From the sequence record OQ446694.1: a stretch of 64,000 nucleotides of DNA. One strand, 5' to 3'. A program made the translations under genes and the position numbers. Below are positions 1-10,207 of this stretch, one piece after another. The first letter of the stretch is position 1. The number at the start of each line of letters is the position of its first letter. The DNA comes from Escherichia phage Killian. The notes under the pieces were generated by a model. It made no database searches and was not told the origin of the DNA. It saw only the letters and a list, made by a program, of their open reading frames with translations.

Positions 1-29
1 CAAGATTTCGGCTATTATTAAGAGGACTT

Positions 30-2978
30 ATGGCTACTTTAAAACAAATACAATTTAAAAGAAGCAAAACTGCAGGTCAACGCCCTGCTGCTTCAGTATT
101 AGCCGAAGGTGAATTGGCTATTAATTTAAAAGATAAAACAATTTTCACAAAAGATGACTCAGGCAGTGTTATAGAATTAGGTTTAAAATATGGAGGAACA
201 ATTGATGGTTCTTTAACTGTTAATGGAAGTATAATTGGAAATTTAACAGGTAACGCTGCAACTGCAACGAAATTGCAAACACCTAGGAAAATTAATGGTA
301 TATCTTTTGATGGGTCAAAGGACATTACCTTAACTCCATCTGACATAAATGTCAATAGCACAACATTTATAAAAAATAACGGCGAATTACCTGTTGACGC
401 TAATTTAGATGAGTATGGGCCTGTTGAAGAATATCTTGGAGTTTGGTCGAAATCTACTTCAACAAATGCGCAACCTGCAAATAAATTCCCAGAAGAAAAT
501 GCCGTAGGTGTATTAGAAGTATTTGTGGCCGGTCAATTTGCTGGTACTCAGAGATATACTGTAAGATCTGGTAACGTATATGTTCGATCTTTGTCTGCTA
601 AATGGAATGGTGTTAATGGTCCGTGGGGTGTGTGGCGTAATGTTCAAGCGTCAACTCGTCCACTTTCACAAACGATTGACCTTGATAGCTTGGGAGAATT
701 AGAACATTGTGGCTTATGGCGAAACAGTTCAAGCGCAATCGCATCATTTGATCGCCATTATCCAGAAGAAGGATCAGCCGCACAAGGATTTTTAGAAATA
801 TTTGAAGGTGGTTTATACACGAGAACGCAGCGTTATACTACCCGCATGGGTATGGTTTATACTCGTTGTCTCGCTGCTGCATGGGATGCTAGTGCACCTA
901 AGTGGGAGGAATGGAAGCAGGTTGGTCATGGCACACCAGCGACTTTCTATGATGGAGATCTGAATGATTTTAAAACTCCTGGGTTATATAATATTTTAGG
1001 CACTGATGCCGTTATTAACTGCCCTACAGGTGAAGGTTTACCAGCCGTTATTGTTGGTTTGCTGGAAGTTAAACAGCGTGCTTCTGGCGGTGCTATTTTC
1101 CAAAAATTTACTACTGCCGGAACAGGTGCAACTACCCGCGATCGTATTTTTGAGCGCGCATATACTGGTGGCGCGTGGGGTGCATGGAACGAAGTATATA
1201 CATCTTATTCTCTGCCAATTACTTTGGGTATGGGTGGCATTAAAGCTCAATTAGCGGAGTTAGATTGGCAAACCTTTGATTTTGTCCCTGGTAGTATGTT
1301 TAGCGTTCCTTTGAACAAAATAAAGAACATGCCAGCAAATATGGATTGGGGGACGATTGACGGAAACTTGGTTATGTTTTCTGTCGGTCCTAGCGAACAT
1401 ACTAGCACAGGGCGTACTGTTCAGGTTTGGCGTGGTACTGTATCCCAGACAAACTACCGTTATTTTGTCGTTCGTGTATTCGGTAATTCAGGAAATAGAA
1501 CTTGCACAGTTCGTCGTGTTGTTCTTGAAGACGGATCACATACTTGGACTGCTCAACAAAACTTTAGGGGATTGCTGAATATCACTGCTGCTGTTAATCT
1601 TGGCGCTAATCAGAAAATTTCACTTGCTCCAGGAGCATATATTCAAGCTCCTGCTAGCGGTTCTGGTTCTAATACTTACGCAAATCAGAATACTACCGTT
1701 GCGCCATTATATCAGGCCATTAACGATTCAAATAAAAACCAGTTTGCGCCAATTGTTAAACAGAAAAACACTGTAACAAATATTACTATGGCTTCTGGTA
1801 TGGATATTGCTAGTTCAGAATATCGTATCGTTGCTCAGGGTGATTTATCCGCTACTGGAACTACAGCCACTGAATTAGCTACATGGCGTTTCTTGCCGTC
1901 TGGCCGATTCATGTCACAAAGTCGAGTTTACGCTGGAGCAGCATTCCTTAATACCGATGGTAATATTTCTGGTTCTATCTGGAAGAAATATAATAATGCA
2001 ACCAATTTAGACGCTGCCTTGAATACTCGCCTAGGTAAAGGCGGTGATACGATGACAGGTCGGTTAACAATCAATGCACCTAATGATTCTATTGTATTAT
2101 CAACAACTGCTAGTAATTCTTTGCATATTCGCGGTGACATAGACGGGACTGGTAACTGGTATATTGGCAAGGGTGGTGCTGATAATTCGCTAGCATTTTA
2201 TAGCTATGCTTCTCAGGCGGCAGTACATATCACAAACAATGGTGAGATTGCGTTAAACCCGCAAAATACCGCAATGGTTAACGTTAACCGTGACCGTGTA
2301 CACATTAACGGTTCTGGATGGATTGCTAGACAACCGGGTGATTGGGGCAACCAATGGCGAGTAGAAGCTCCATTATTCGTTGATCATGGTTATGTTAGTC
2401 AAGATAGTTATTATCCTATTCTTAAAGCAAGAAGCGTTATAACCAATCAAGGATATAGCACCGCTGTTGACTTTGGTATGCGTCGTATTCCATCACAGTG
2501 GGGGCAAGCAATCATTCGTGTCGGATCCACGGAGGCTTCTCCTGATGCTGGACACCCACAAGCTGTGTTTGAATTCCATCATGATGGATTCTTTTATACA
2601 CCAGGAAATGGTAGCTTTAGCGATGTGTATATTCGTTCTGACTCCCGTCTCAAGATTAATAAAGAAGAATTAGAATATGGAGCAGTCGAAAAAGTTTGCC
2701 GACTAAAAGTTTATATTTACGATAAAGTTAAGTCTATTAAAGACCGTAGTGTTATTAAACGTGAAGTTGGTATTATTGCTCAGGACCTTGAAAAGGAATT
2801 ACCGGAAGCTGTATCTAAAGTTGAAGTTGATGGATCTGATGTTCTGACAATTTCTAACTCTGCTGTGAATGCTCTTTTAATTAAGGCCATTCAGGAAATG
2901 AGCGAAGAAATTAAAGAATTGAAAACACCTTTCTTCACTAAAATTGCTCGTAAAATTAGCAATTATTTTAAATTCTAA
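30..2978 (+). CDS. 37: Long tail fiber distal subunit gp37 (982 aa) with C-terminal intramolecular-chaperone-like domain
   Basis: N-terminus [13 protein letters not shown]...[16 protein letters not shown] matches the conserved gp37 N-terminus of T4 as recalled; C-terminal ~110 aa ([20 protein letters not shown]...) resembles auto-cleaving chaperone domains of phage fibers; SD AAGAGGA before ATG at 30; lies directly upstream of gp38 and t. Confidence 0.9.
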   Translation: MATLKQIQFKRSKTAGQRPAASVLAEGELAINLKDKTIFTKDDSGSVIELGLKYGGTIDGSLTVNGSIIGNLTGNAATATKLQTPRKINGISFDGSKDITLTPSDINVNSTTFIKNNGELPVDANLDEYGPVEEYLGVWSKSTSTNAQPANKFPEENAVGVLEVFVAGQFAGTQRYTVRSGNVYVRSLSAKWNGVNGPWGVWRNVQASTRPLSQTIDLDSLGELEHCGLWRNSSSAIASFDRHYPEEGSAAQGFLEIFEGGLYTRTQRYTTRMGMVYTRCLAAAWDASAPKWEEWKQVGHGTPATFYDGDLNDFKTPGLYNILGTDAVINCPTGEGLPAVIVGLLEVKQRASGGAIFQKFTTAGTGATTRDRIFERAYTGGAWGAWNEVYTSYSLPITLGMGGIKAQLAELDWQTFDFVPGSMFSVPLNKIKNMPANMDWGTIDGNLVMFSVGPSEHTSTGRTVQVWRGTVSQTNYRYFVVRVFGNSGNRTCTVRRVVLEDGSHTWTAQQNFRGLLNITAAVNLGANQKISLAPGAYIQAPASGSGSNTYANQNTTVAPLYQAINDSNKNQFAPIVKQKNTVTNITMASGMDIASSEYRIVAQGDLSATGTTATELATWRFLPSGRFMSQSRVYAGAAFLNTDGNISGSIWKKYNNATNLDAALNTRLGKGGDTMTGRLTINAPNDSIVLSTTASNSLHIRGDIDGTGNWYIGKGGADNSLAFYSYASQAAVHITNNGEIALNPQNTAMVNVNRDRVHINGSGWIARQPGDWGNQWRVEAPLFVDHGYVSQDSYYPILKARSVITNQGYSTAVDFGMRRIPSQWGQAIIRVGSTEASPDAGHPQAVFEFHHDGFFYTPGNGSFSDVYIRSDSRLKINKEELEYGAVEKVCRLKVYIYDKVKSIKDRSVIKREVGIIAQDLEKELPEAVSKVEVDGSDVLTISNSAVNALLIKAIQEMSEEIKELKTPFFTKIARKISNYFKF

Positions 2979-2982
2979 CAAC

Positions 2983-2999
2983 AAGGGGCTTTGCCCCCT
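2983..2999 (+). other. GC-rich stem-loop (AAGGGGC-TTT-GCCCCCTT) between genes 37 and 38
   Basis: Perfect 6-bp G/C stem seen directly in sequence, immediately after gp37 stop; no clear U-tract, so more likely an RNA stability or processing hairpin than a strong terminator. Confidence 0.4.
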
Positions 3000-3011
3000 T
3001 TGGAGAAAATT

Positions 3012-3794
3012 ATGGCAGTAGTTGGTGTTCCTGGTTGGATTGGTAGTTCATCCGTAAATGAAACAGGACAACGATGGATGAGTCAAGCGGCTGGTCAATT
3101 AAGATTGGGTATTCCTTGTTGGATGAGTCAATTTGCAGGTCGCTCAAGAGAAATTATTCACACGCTTGGAGCAGACCATAACTTCAATGGTCAATGGTTC
3201 CGAGATAGATGTTTTGAGGCAGGTAGTGCACCTATAGTGTTTAATATCACTGGAGATTTAGTATCATATTCTAAAGATGTTCCTTTATTCTTTATGTACG
3301 GAGATACACCGAATGAATATGTTCAGTTGAACATACATGGTGTAACGATGTATGGTCGTGGCGGGAATGGCGGTAGCAATAGTCCTGGCTCAGCTGGGGG
3401 TCATTGTATTCAAAATGATATTGGTGGGAGACTAAGAATTAATAATGGCGGAGCTATTGCTGGCGGCGGTGGCGGCGGTGGCGGCGGGTATTATTCTCCT
3501 TTTTCACAAATGAGATTGACCTTTGGCGGTGGCGGCGGTCGTCCGTTTGGCGCACCGGGCGGATCTATTGATATGCAATCAGGAGCAACTGCTGGTACTA
3601 TTTCTGCGCCAGGCGCAGGGTCTGTGAACGGTATCTACAACGGCGGGTCTGGTGGTGAAGTTGGCTCCGCAGGAGGTAGATGTAATATTCGTGGTCAAGG
3701 ATATGAATACGATGGCGGAGCTGCTGGTTATGCCGTCATAGGGTCTACACCGACATGGCAAAACGTTGGAACAATTTACGGACCAAGAGTATAA
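3012..3794 (+). CDS. 38: Tail fiber adhesin gp38, T2-type with glycine-rich motifs
   Basis: [13 protein letters not shown]... N-terminus and repeated polyglycine motifs ([30 protein letters not shown]) are typical of T2-like gp38 adhesins; ATG at 3012 has SD GGAG, whereas the ORF-track start at 2991 is TTG inside the hairpin. Confidence 0.85.
   Translation: MAVVGVPGWIGSSSVNETGQRWMSQAAGQLRLGIPCWMSQFAGRSREIIHTLGADHNFNGQWFRDRCFEAGSAPIVFNITGDLVSYSKDVPLFFMYGDTPNEYVQLNIHGVTMYGRGGNGGSNSPGSAGGHCIQNDIGGRLRINNGGAIAGGGGGGGGGYYSPFSQMRLTFGGGGGRPFGAPGGSIDMQSGATAGTISAPGAGSVNGIYNGGSGGEVGSAGGRCNIRGQGYEYDGGAAGYAVIGSTPTWQNVGTIYGPRV
3462..3488. repeat. GGC/GGT trinucleotide repeat encoding the polyglycine tract of gp38
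   Basis: ggcggcggt ggcggcggt ggcggcggg read directly; a second shorter GGY run at 3524-3541. Confidence 0.8.
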
Positions 3795-3825
3795 TTTTGA
3801 ATAAATATCCTTAAAAGGAGGGTCT

Positions 3826-4482
3826 ATGGCAGCACCTAGAATATCATTTTCGCCCTCTGATATTCTGTTGGGTGTTCTAGATCGCTTGTTCAAAGATAAT
3901 GCTACCGGGAAAGTTCTTGCTTCCCGGGTAGCTGTCGTAATTCTTTTGTTTATAATGGCGATTGTTTGGTATAGGGGAGATAGTTTCTTTGAGTACTATA
4001 AGCAATCAAAGTATGAAACATACAGTGAAATTATTGAAAAGGAAAGAAATGCACGCTTTGAATCTGTCGCCCTGGAACAACTCCAGATAGTTCATATATC
4101 ATCTGAGGCAGACTTTAGTGCGGTGTATTCTTTCCGCCCTAAAAACTTAAACTATTTTGTTGATATTATAGCATATGAAGGAAAATTACCTTCAACAATA
4201 AGCGAAAAATCACTTGGAGGATATCCTGTTGATAAAACTATGGATGAATATACAGTTCATTTAAATGGACGTCATTATTATTCCGACTCAAAATTTGCTT
4301 TTTTACCAACTAAAAAGCCTACTCCCGAAATAAATTACATGTACAGTTGTCCATATTTCAATTTGGATAATATCTATGCTGGAACAATAACCATGTACTG
4401 GTATAGAAATGATCATATAAGTAATGACCGCCTTGAATCAATATGTTCTCAGGCGGCCAGAATATTAGGAAGGGCTAAATAA
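3826..4482 (+). CDS. t: Holin T (218 aa)
   Basis: MAAPRISFSPSDIL...ARILGRAK is near-identical to T4 holin as recalled; single N-terminal TM segment; SD AAGGAGGG before ATG. Confidence 0.95.
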   Translation: MAAPRISFSPSDILLGVLDRLFKDNATGKVLASRVAVVILLFIMAIVWYRGDSFFEYYKQSKYETYSEIIEKERNARFESVALEQLQIVHISSEADFSAVYSFRPKNLNYFVDIIAYEGKLPSTISEKSLGGYPVDKTMDEYTVHLNGRHYYSDSKFAFLPTKKPTPEINYMYSCPYFNLDNIYAGTITMYWYRNDHISNDRLESICSQAARILGRAK

Positions 4483-4755
4483 TTATTTGTTTGTATACAT
4501 CTCTAGATATCGATATACACCCTCAAAACCCTCGTTGAATTCGTCGATGAGGGTTTTCTTATCTTCTTGAGTTAATTCAGAAACAATTTTACGGAATGAA
4601 TTCTGATTTAACTTTCTACCTTCATGCGTTACTCCAATCTCATTCAGAAATGCAATAAAATTAGCGCGATTCTCAACAATATCTTCTCTGGAAAATTTAA
4701 TCAAAATAGACGCAACAGTAATAATTTCACGAACTGTATCAATGTTTTTATTCAT
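4483..4755 (-). CDS. asiA: Anti-sigma70 factor AsiA (90 aa)
   Basis: MNKNIDTVREIITVASILIKFSREDIVENRANFIAFLNEIG... matches T4 AsiA from memory; convergent with t. Confidence 0.95.
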   Translation of the reverse strand: MNKNIDTVREIITVASILIKFSREDIVENRANFIAFLNEIGVTHEGRKLNQNSFRKIVSELTQEDKKTLIDEFNEGFEGVYRYLEMYTNK

Positions 4756-4767
4756 TAACTATACCAC

Positions 4768-4920
4768 TCAATTAGTTGACTTTGTTATAATATCATCAGA
4801 CGCTTGATTTGTAAACTGGTCTGTGGTATTTTCTTCAAAAATTTTTTCTACGAATTCCTTGAACGACTTACGTTCCTGAGCTACATTATGCTCGATTACT
4901 TTTTCAAGATTATGACTCAT
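4768..4920 (-). CDS. Small hypothetical protein (50 aa)
   Basis: ORF found by hand translation (MSHNLEKVIEHNVAQERKSF...); ATG overlaps arn stop in an ATGA motif (translational coupling). Confidence 0.35.
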   Translation of the reverse strand: MSHNLEKVIEHNVAQERKSFKEFVEKIFEENTTDQFTNQASDDIITKSTN

Positions 4921-5195
4921 TCGAAATAATCTTCAATTTCATAATCAAGGACATAAATCATTATAGTTTTTAATACATCATCAATACTTTTTCCTGGAGC
5001 TGGAATTACGTAAAAATATCCCGCCTTTGAGTTATCTTTATAAGTTCCAATCAAGAAATCATTATTCCCAAGATGTAGTTCTTCAACTAATTCATTAACA
5101 ATTGAGTGGTATAAATTTGGTAGAAACTTGTATAGCTTTTCTAGAATATCAATTTTGATTGTGTATTGAACCACAGATTGAGAATCAATAATCAT
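4917..5195 (-). CDS. arn: Anti-restriction nuclease Arn-like acidic protein (92 aa)
   Basis: 92 aa, strongly acidic, located between asiA and motA as in T4; identity rests on size and synteny. Confidence 0.65.
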   Translation of the reverse strand: MIIDSQSVVQYTIKIDILEKLYKFLPNLYHSIVNELVEELHLGNNDFLIGTYKDNSKAGYFYVIPAPGKSIDDVLKTIMIYVLDYEIEDYFE

Positions 5196-5272
5196 AGACC
5201 TTCCCCTTATGTTTCTGTTTGCGATTAGATTCTTTAAACGCTTTCTTCTTATCCTTATGGACAGAAGCTTTA

Positions 5273-5497
5273 TTAAAATTGTGTTTTGCGACTAAATTGT
5301 TCATAGTGCTGAATTACCTCTCTTAAACATTTGCATGTGAATGAAAACTTTTTAGCTACACCACATTCAAATATATGTTCTCTTAAATCACGCGTGTCAG
5401 TATATCCCATCTCAACAATAAAATGCCGTATTAGATTTTTATCTTTATCGTTGAGGGAATTAAAATAATCGGATTTTGAATTAATTTCCCTGGCCAA
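5273..5497 (-). CDS. Hypothetical protein (74 aa; TTG start with SD AAGGTGA)
   Basis: ORF track; the TTG start is preceded by a good SD; arn.x-type accessory ORF by position. Confidence 0.4.
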   Translation of the reverse strand: MAREINSKSDYFNSLNDKDKNLIRHFIVEMGYTDTRDLREHIFECGVAKKFSFTCKCLREVIQHYEQFSRKTQF

Positions 5498-5777
5498 ATT
5501 GAATCACCTTCAGTTGGCGTTTTAGCTCTTTTATCATCTCTTCGTTCATCGCAATATAAAGATCGCGTAAAGCAAGTTTTAGCATTCCATTTACTGGATA
5601 ACTAAATGGGCATACATAATCTTTTCCTACGAGCTTTTTAGTGAATTCCATATCACAGAACTGAAATGCCGGTTCATTTGTATAAATTCCCCAATTAGTT
5701 GACATCATTTTATTGGCATATTCCAACGCCTGGATTTGATTCTTAATTCCATCAATTTGAAACTTTTTAATATTCAT
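5481..5777 (-). CDS. Hypothetical protein (98 aa)
   Basis: ORF track, ATG start; accessory ORF between arn and motA. Confidence 0.5.
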   Translation of the reverse strand: MNIKKFQIDGIKNQIQALEYANKMMSTNWGIYTNEPAFQFCDMEFTKKLVGKDYVCPFSYPVNGMLKLALRDLYIAMNEEMIKELKRQLKVIQFGQGN

Positions 5778-6244
5778 TAGTAAAGGTCCTCAGAGTAAAG
5801 TTCTTTTTCACTACCACCACGTTCAATACGCACTTGTCCAGCGTAAGTTGCAATAATCATTGCTTCTTCACGTGTCCAGTAATTGCTATACTGGTCAATA
5901 AATCCTTGGTCTTCACCACAAACATGGTCTGATACAAGTTTATCACTTACCTGGTCAAGAACTTCAGCCATATCTTTAGAATAATGACGAGCACCAGGAA
6001 TAACCAGAGTCCCACCATCTTTTAACTTAAAGCGGTTGGCTGCACACACAATTCGACGTTGATATTTTTCATTATTGTTCCAATGAGCTACTTGCCAACA
6101 GATTTCAGGAACCTCTTCTAAAACATCCTCTTCCGTATATTCGGTGTAGTCGCCATAGGCCTGTAATTTAGCTGCTAGACTTTCTGGAGTTTCACGTAAT
6201 AAAGCCAGGTCTAATAATTCAAGACGCTCTTTGAAGGTTTTCAT
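5777..6244 (-). CDS. Hypothetical protein (155 aa)
   Basis: ORF track, ATG start; its stop overlaps the start of the next gene. Confidence 0.55.
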   Translation of the reverse strand: MKTFKERLELLDLALLRETPESLAAKLQAYGDYTEYTEEDVLEEVPEICWQVAHWNNNEKYQRRIVCAANRFKLKDGGTLVIPGARHYSKDMAEVLDQVSDKLVSDHVCGEDQGFIDQYSNYWTREEAMIIATYAGQVRIERGGSEKELYSEDLY

Positions 6245-6396
6245 TTGGTTTCCTCAACACTTTTAATTTTTATAGCTTGTTTAGAACTTTCAAAGCATTG
6301 ACAATATACTCTTACCGCATCAAATTGGTTGACCGCTTTAAGATGGACCACACCTTCGCCGTTATAAAATTCTACGACAATTTTAAATGTTTTCAT
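6241..6396 (-). CDS. Small hypothetical protein (51 aa)
   Basis: Hand translation ([22 protein letters not shown]...); ATGA overlaps with both neighbours. Confidence 0.4.
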   Translation of the reverse strand: MKTFKIVVEFYNGEGVVHLKAVNQFDAVRVYCQCFESSKQAIKIKSVEETK

Positions 6397-6722
6397 TTGA
6401 ACCATCCTTTAATACGTTGCCACAAAGTTTTCTGTTGAGCTTTGTTAACACCAATTGAGCGAATAACTGGTTGAGATTCCTGGAATTCTTTATAATCAGC
6501 AAGGTAAATTTCGTAAGCTGAATCCGTAAAGGAACTTATAGCTGCCATGAAATTATTGCGAATACCTACTGGAGCATCTTTACTTTCACGAATAATCATG
6601 TATTTACCAGTCTTAATCTTTACAATAGTTCCAAGATAAGCCCCATGGTACCAGATGTCCCATCCCTCTTGAGTAGGTTCTGCACAACGACGAAGTTCAT
6701 TGATAATTTCTAACTTGTTCAT
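6393..6722 (-). CDS. Hypothetical protein (109 aa), motA.1 position
   Basis: ORF track, ATG start; immediately downstream of motA. Confidence 0.5.
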   Translation of the reverse strand: MNKLEIINELRRCAEPTQEGWDIWYHGAYLGTIVKIKTGKYMIIRESKDAPVGIRNNFMAAISSFTDSAYEIYLADYKEFQESQPVIRSIGVNKAQQKTLWQRIKGWFK

Positions 6723-6732
6723 TATTTATTCC

Positions 6733-7368
6733 TCACAGTTCAGATGCTACAGTGATTACAGCTTCAATGTTTTCTGCCGAGCGTTTAATGTCAAGATACA
6801 CATTACCGTTTTTAGCGATTTTACATGACATTCCGATATCAGTAAATTTCTGAATATGATGTTCCATCATTTTGTATCCAAAAATTCGCATATTTCCATT
6901 GTTATTAATTTCAAAATTACGAATTCCGTGAGTGCGTTTTTCTAAAATAGCAAGATAGTTACTGCGGTAAGTTTCAACCTTTTTAAGAACAAATCCATTT
7001 TCATCTAAAAGTTTTAGCATAAGGTCTTTATCTTCTTCCATATCAGAAGTAATTTCGCGAGCTTTACGAGTTGCTCGTTTTTTCAGCAGTTCCGGAGCGT
7101 TTTCCTGTGCGTATAAAGTTGCTGCATTTGAAATAATATCCTGAGCTTCACCAGTAATGATTAATCCATCACCAGATTTCTCCACCAGGCCTTTTTTAAT
7201 CAATACCCCAATATTACTATTAACTACTGCGTTACCTAAATCTGGATGCACCTCACGAACTTCTGCAGCTGTAATGAAATCTTTCTTAGCAATGGTAATT
7301 AAAATCGCAGCAGTTTTTTCATTCAGAATATCGTTAGAAGCTTTGATGATGTAAGTTACTTTAGACAT
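6733..7368 (-). CDS. motA: Middle transcription activator MotA (211 aa)
   Basis: MSKVTYIIKASNDILNEK...AVITVASEL matches T4 MotA as recalled; SD GGAG. Confidence 0.95.
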   Translation of the reverse strand: MSKVTYIIKASNDILNEKTAAILITIAKKDFITAAEVREVHPDLGNAVVNSNIGVLIKKGLVEKSGDGLIITGEAQDIISNAATLYAQENAPELLKKRATRKAREITSDMEEDKDLMLKLLDENGFVLKKVETYRSNYLAILEKRTHGIRNFEINNNGNMRIFGYKMMEHHIQKFTDIGMSCKIAKNGNVYLDIKRSAENIEAVITVASEL

Positions 7369-7406
7369 TTTAATCTCCGTTTCAGTTCATTTATTTGATA
7401 GGTCTA

Positions 7407-7435
7407 TAGTATCATGTTTAAAGCAGAAGTAAACA
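7407..7435 (-). promoter_or_regulatory. Early sigma70-type promoter upstream of motA
   Basis: Minus strand reads GTTTAC-17 nt-TACTAT, followed by a conserved leader and SD; module repeated elsewhere in the window. Confidence 0.55.
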
Positions 7436-7473
7436 CTTTTTTGCACTCTTTTTCAAGAGCTCTAATAAAGTAC

Positions 7474-7701
7474 TTACTTAATGTTCAGATTACGAACTTC
7501 GATTTCGTCTTCATGGGCAAAATCAAACTGTTTGAATTCTGTGTCACCTTTAAATTTAAAAATCATTGTGAAGAAAGTCAGAACACCAGGTTTTTCTTCA
7601 CGAACTCCACAGATATCATATTCAATACCATCTACAACCAGTTTGTTAGCAGTCAGAGCATTTTTAGCTTTAACGATTTCGTTTTCGATTTTAAATTTCA
7701 T
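7474..7701 (-). CDS. Hypothetical protein (75 aa)
   Basis: ORF track, ATG start with SD GGAG; lies between 52 and motA. Confidence 0.5.
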   Translation of the reverse strand: MKFKIENEIVKAKNALTANKLVVDGIEYDICGVREEKPGVLTFFTMIFKFKGDTEFKQFDFAHEDEIEVRNLNIK

Positions 7702-7750
7702 TTTTTGTATCTCCGGGTTGTTTGTTTCAGTTCATTTATTTGATAGTTGT

Positions 7751-7780
7751 ATAGTACCACAGTATGCTTTGGTTGTAAAC
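7751..7780 (-). promoter_or_regulatory. Early sigma70-type promoter
   Basis: Minus strand GTTTAC...TGgTACTAT; shares a 21-bp leader repeat with the motA promoter module. Confidence 0.55.
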
Positions 7781-7810
7781 CGTTTTGTGAAAAAATTTTT
7801 GAAATAAAAA

Positions 7811-7832
7811 AGGGAGAGCCGAGGCTCTCCCT
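7811..7832 (-). terminator. Rho-independent terminator hairpin
   Basis: GGGAGAGCC/GGCTCTCCC stem followed on the minus strand by UUUUUAUUU. Confidence 0.6.
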
Positions 7833-7836
7833 AAAA

Positions 7837-7986
7837 TTACTGCATGACTGTGATAACTGTCATGATAACACGTTGAATTCCGAACGCAAGAAGACCTCCT
7901 GCTACGGCAGGAACAACACCTAAACCCGCCAGTAAAATGCCACCAGATACTAATGCAGCGCTTGTGATACCAATGAATGGACTCAT
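7837..7986 (-). CDS. Small hydrophobic peptide (49 aa)
   Basis: Hand translation MSPFIGITSAALVSGGILLAGLGVVPAVAGG...; ATGA overlap with gene 52 stop. Confidence 0.4.
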   Translation of the reverse strand: MSPFIGITSAALVSGGILLAGLGVVPAVAGGLLAFGIQRVIMTVITVMQ

Positions 7987-9311
7987 TTGATTTCCTCTAA
8001 ATCTTTGGTGTATTCGGTAACTACATCAGTAGTTTTCCAATATTCGTTTTCTTCTTTCTTAGCTTTAGCTTCTTCAGCAAGTTTCTTTGCTTCGTCGGAA
8101 GTCATATGAAAAATATTCATTCCGACTAGTTTATCAACATAAGAAGAATACATATCAATTTTAGAAAGTTCTTCGGTCAGTTCTTTACGAGTTTTACCCT
8201 GTACAACAATTTCACCTGAAATTACTTTCTTAATGAAATGTGCCTTGGCAAAGGCTAAACGAAATGCTGATTCAGTTTCTTTGATTTTATTATCAATTCG
8301 TTTTTGGACATAAGTTTTACGAACTTCAACGAAGTCTTTGATTAAATCAACTACGTTATCGTAAACTTGCAGCTTTCCTTTCTCATTAATGACGGTAATA
8401 TTCTGTGAACGACGCTCAATCAACCCGAAGTCTTTCATGATTTTTGCATGGCGTTCTTCTTCATTATCGCTCAAAGAATATTCTTTACGGAATTTAACTT
8501 TAAAGCCAAAACCATGCTCGCCACAAGCATCATCCCATGTAATGAAGCCTTTATCTTCAAGCGGGTCTAAGATTTTACTCACATAAGTTTCACGATCATA
8601 CTTATACGGAATCTCAGTGATATTCATTTGAGTTCGTGAAGTAAACTTGTACGTTCCACGAATTTCATATTGACCGTCAATTTCAACGACTTCACCACGA
8701 AATTCTGGGAATTCTACCTTCGGTTTAGTTACTTTCTTTCCTTGAAGAGCTTGTAATACAGCTTTCTTGACAGAAGAAACGCTATGAGGAAGAATGTAAG
8801 TTGCATAACCAGTTGCAATACCGGAAACACCATTAAGAAGAACGGTAGGAATAATAGGCAAATAGAAAGCAGGCGGAATGTGTTCTTTATCTTGATGTAC
8901 CGGAGCATATTCAGTATCTTTATATACGCTATAGAAATTTTTACTTACACGAGCAAAAATATAACGACTTGCTGCTGCTTTTTGAACGGTACGAGAACCA
9001 AAGTTTCCTTGACCATCTAACAAAGGAAAGTTATTATTCCAGGTGTTAGCCATCAAAGCCCCCGCATCTTGTGCAGAGTTTTCACCATGATGATATCCAA
9101 GGTCAGCTACACCACCTGCAATAGAAGCAAGTTTGTGAAACTTATCTTTATTTCCTCGCGCCAAATCAAGAGCTCGAGCAATAACAAATCGTTGAACTGG
9201 CTTAAATCCATCAATCATATTTGGAATAGCACGATTTTCAACCGTGTACATAGCATAAGCCAGTGCTTCATTATCAATGATACTTTTTAAATCGCGATTA
9301 TTCAGTTGCAT
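7983..9311 (-). CDS. 52: DNA topoisomerase II medium subunit gp52 (442 aa)
   Basis: MQLNNRDLKSIIDNEALAYAMYTVENRAIP...; GyrA-like breakage-reunion region; size and synteny as in T4. Confidence 0.93.
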   Translation of the reverse strand: MQLNNRDLKSIIDNEALAYAMYTVENRAIPNMIDGFKPVQRFVIARALDLARGNKDKFHKLASIAGGVADLGYHHGENSAQDAGALMANTWNNNFPLLDGQGNFGSRTVQKAAASRYIFARVSKNFYSVYKDTEYAPVHQDKEHIPPAFYLPIIPTVLLNGVSGIATGYATYILPHSVSSVKKAVLQALQGKKVTKPKVEFPEFRGEVVEIDGQYEIRGTYKFTSRTQMNITEIPYKYDRETYVSKILDPLEDKGFITWDDACGEHGFGFKVKFRKEYSLSDNEEERHAKIMKDFGLIERRSQNITVINEKGKLQVYDNVVDLIKDFVEVRKTYVQKRIDNKIKETESAFRLAFAKAHFIKKVISGEIVVQGKTRKELTEELSKIDMYSSYVDKLVGMNIFHMTSDEAKKLAEEAKAKKEENEYWKTTDVVTEYTKDLEEIK

Positions 9312-9315
9312 AAAT

Positions 9316-9456
9316 TTACCATACTAGTGAATGTAGTGCCATAATAACATCAGAAATGAAAAGCACGACTTGAATTAATCCGAACATTACTCCATAATAT
9401 AGCGCTACCAATAAAGTAGCAAGGGCTACCGAGTAGCCCAAGATTTTCTTAATCAT
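9316..9456 (-). CDS. Small membrane peptide (46 aa), 52.1-like
   Basis: Hand translation MIKKILGYSVALATLLVALYYGVMFGLIQ...; one hydrophobic helix. Confidence 0.4.
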   Translation of the reverse strand: MIKKILGYSVALATLLVALYYGVMFGLIQVVLFISDVIMALHSLVW

Positions 9457-9607
9457 TAGTAGATAACAACACAAATGTTAAATATGCACACATACCCTGG
9501 GCTAAAGCTTGTGAAAACACACTGCTAGCATCAATACAGATAGTTAAAACACATGCTACTATCCAACAAATAAATGAAATAACTCCTAATAATTTTGCGA
9601 TATTCAT
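9449..9607 (-). CDS. ac: Ac-like small membrane protein (52 aa)
   Basis: Hand translation MNIAKLLGVISFICWIVACVLTICIDASS...; size and position between stp and 52 match T4 ac. Confidence 0.5.
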   Translation of the reverse strand: MNIAKLLGVISFICWIVACVLTICIDASSVFSQALAQGMCAYLTFVLLSTND

Positions 9608-9614
9608 ATTTTCC

Positions 9615-9695
9615 TCACTGGCGTCCGAAGACGCCTTTAGTTTTAAGATTGTTACGATAGAACTGCATTACATGTTCGTTATGGAAATTACTCAT
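9615..9695 (-). CDS. stp: Stp peptide (26 aa)
   Basis: Hand translation gives [26 protein letters not shown], matching T4 Stp as recalled; start overlaps ndd stop (TAATG). Confidence 0.85.
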
Positions 9696-10150
9696 TAGTA
9701 TGCCTGCAAAACAAATTTAAAGTTATCAGCCAACATACGATTCATTTCTTCAAGCGTTTGATACTCAGAATGATGATTACGAGTAAACGCTAAAGCTAAC
9801 TGACCTTTTCCAAATCCCGTCGTCAGAGGTTTCATCTTAGAAGCAGGTAGATAAAATACCGTGTATGGAACATTGTTATTTGCAATAGTACGCGCAAGCT
9901 GAGATCGACGCTGGCGAATATGACTTAGAACTGCACTGAACCCTTGCTTAGAACGCTGATTACCTACATAAAATCGTGCAGATACACACGGACTATCAAA
10001 TGGACCACCAAATTTGCTCACTAAAAAGTAAAATCCAGGGTTAGACAAAATGTCTTTATGTGGAGTTCCAAAAACCCATTCACCGCCCTTGATTGCACCA
10101 ATAACAGTTGCGCCTGCATTATTCAAATCAGTAACAGTCATATATTTCAT
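9695..10150 (-). CDS. ndd: Nucleoid disruption protein Ndd (151 aa)
   Basis: 151 aa, [18 protein letters not shown]...; size and synteny with stp and ac. Confidence 0.85.
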
Positions 10151-10207
10151 GTTATTTTCCTCTAATTATTTTCTACTCCAAGGCCGCATGAATACACGGC
10201 CGATAAA

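Noticed and set aside
77-2673. Short ORFs inside and antisense to gene 37 (77-361, 1006-1254, 1038-1250, 1357-1578, 1928-2170, 2467-2673)
   Set aside because: Fully nested in the well-supported gp37 frame, with no SD or conservation evidence; typical spurious frames.
7157-7807. Plus-strand ORFs 7157-7354, 7414-7743 and 7481-7807
   Set aside because: They overlap motA or the promoter/terminator-rich intergenic region antisense to real genes; low-complexity translations.
9615-9695. Apparent frameshift in stp
   Set aside because: My first reading gave a premature stop after [12 protein letters not shown], but that came from mis-indexing one base; re-reading the sequence gives the intact 26-aa Stp.
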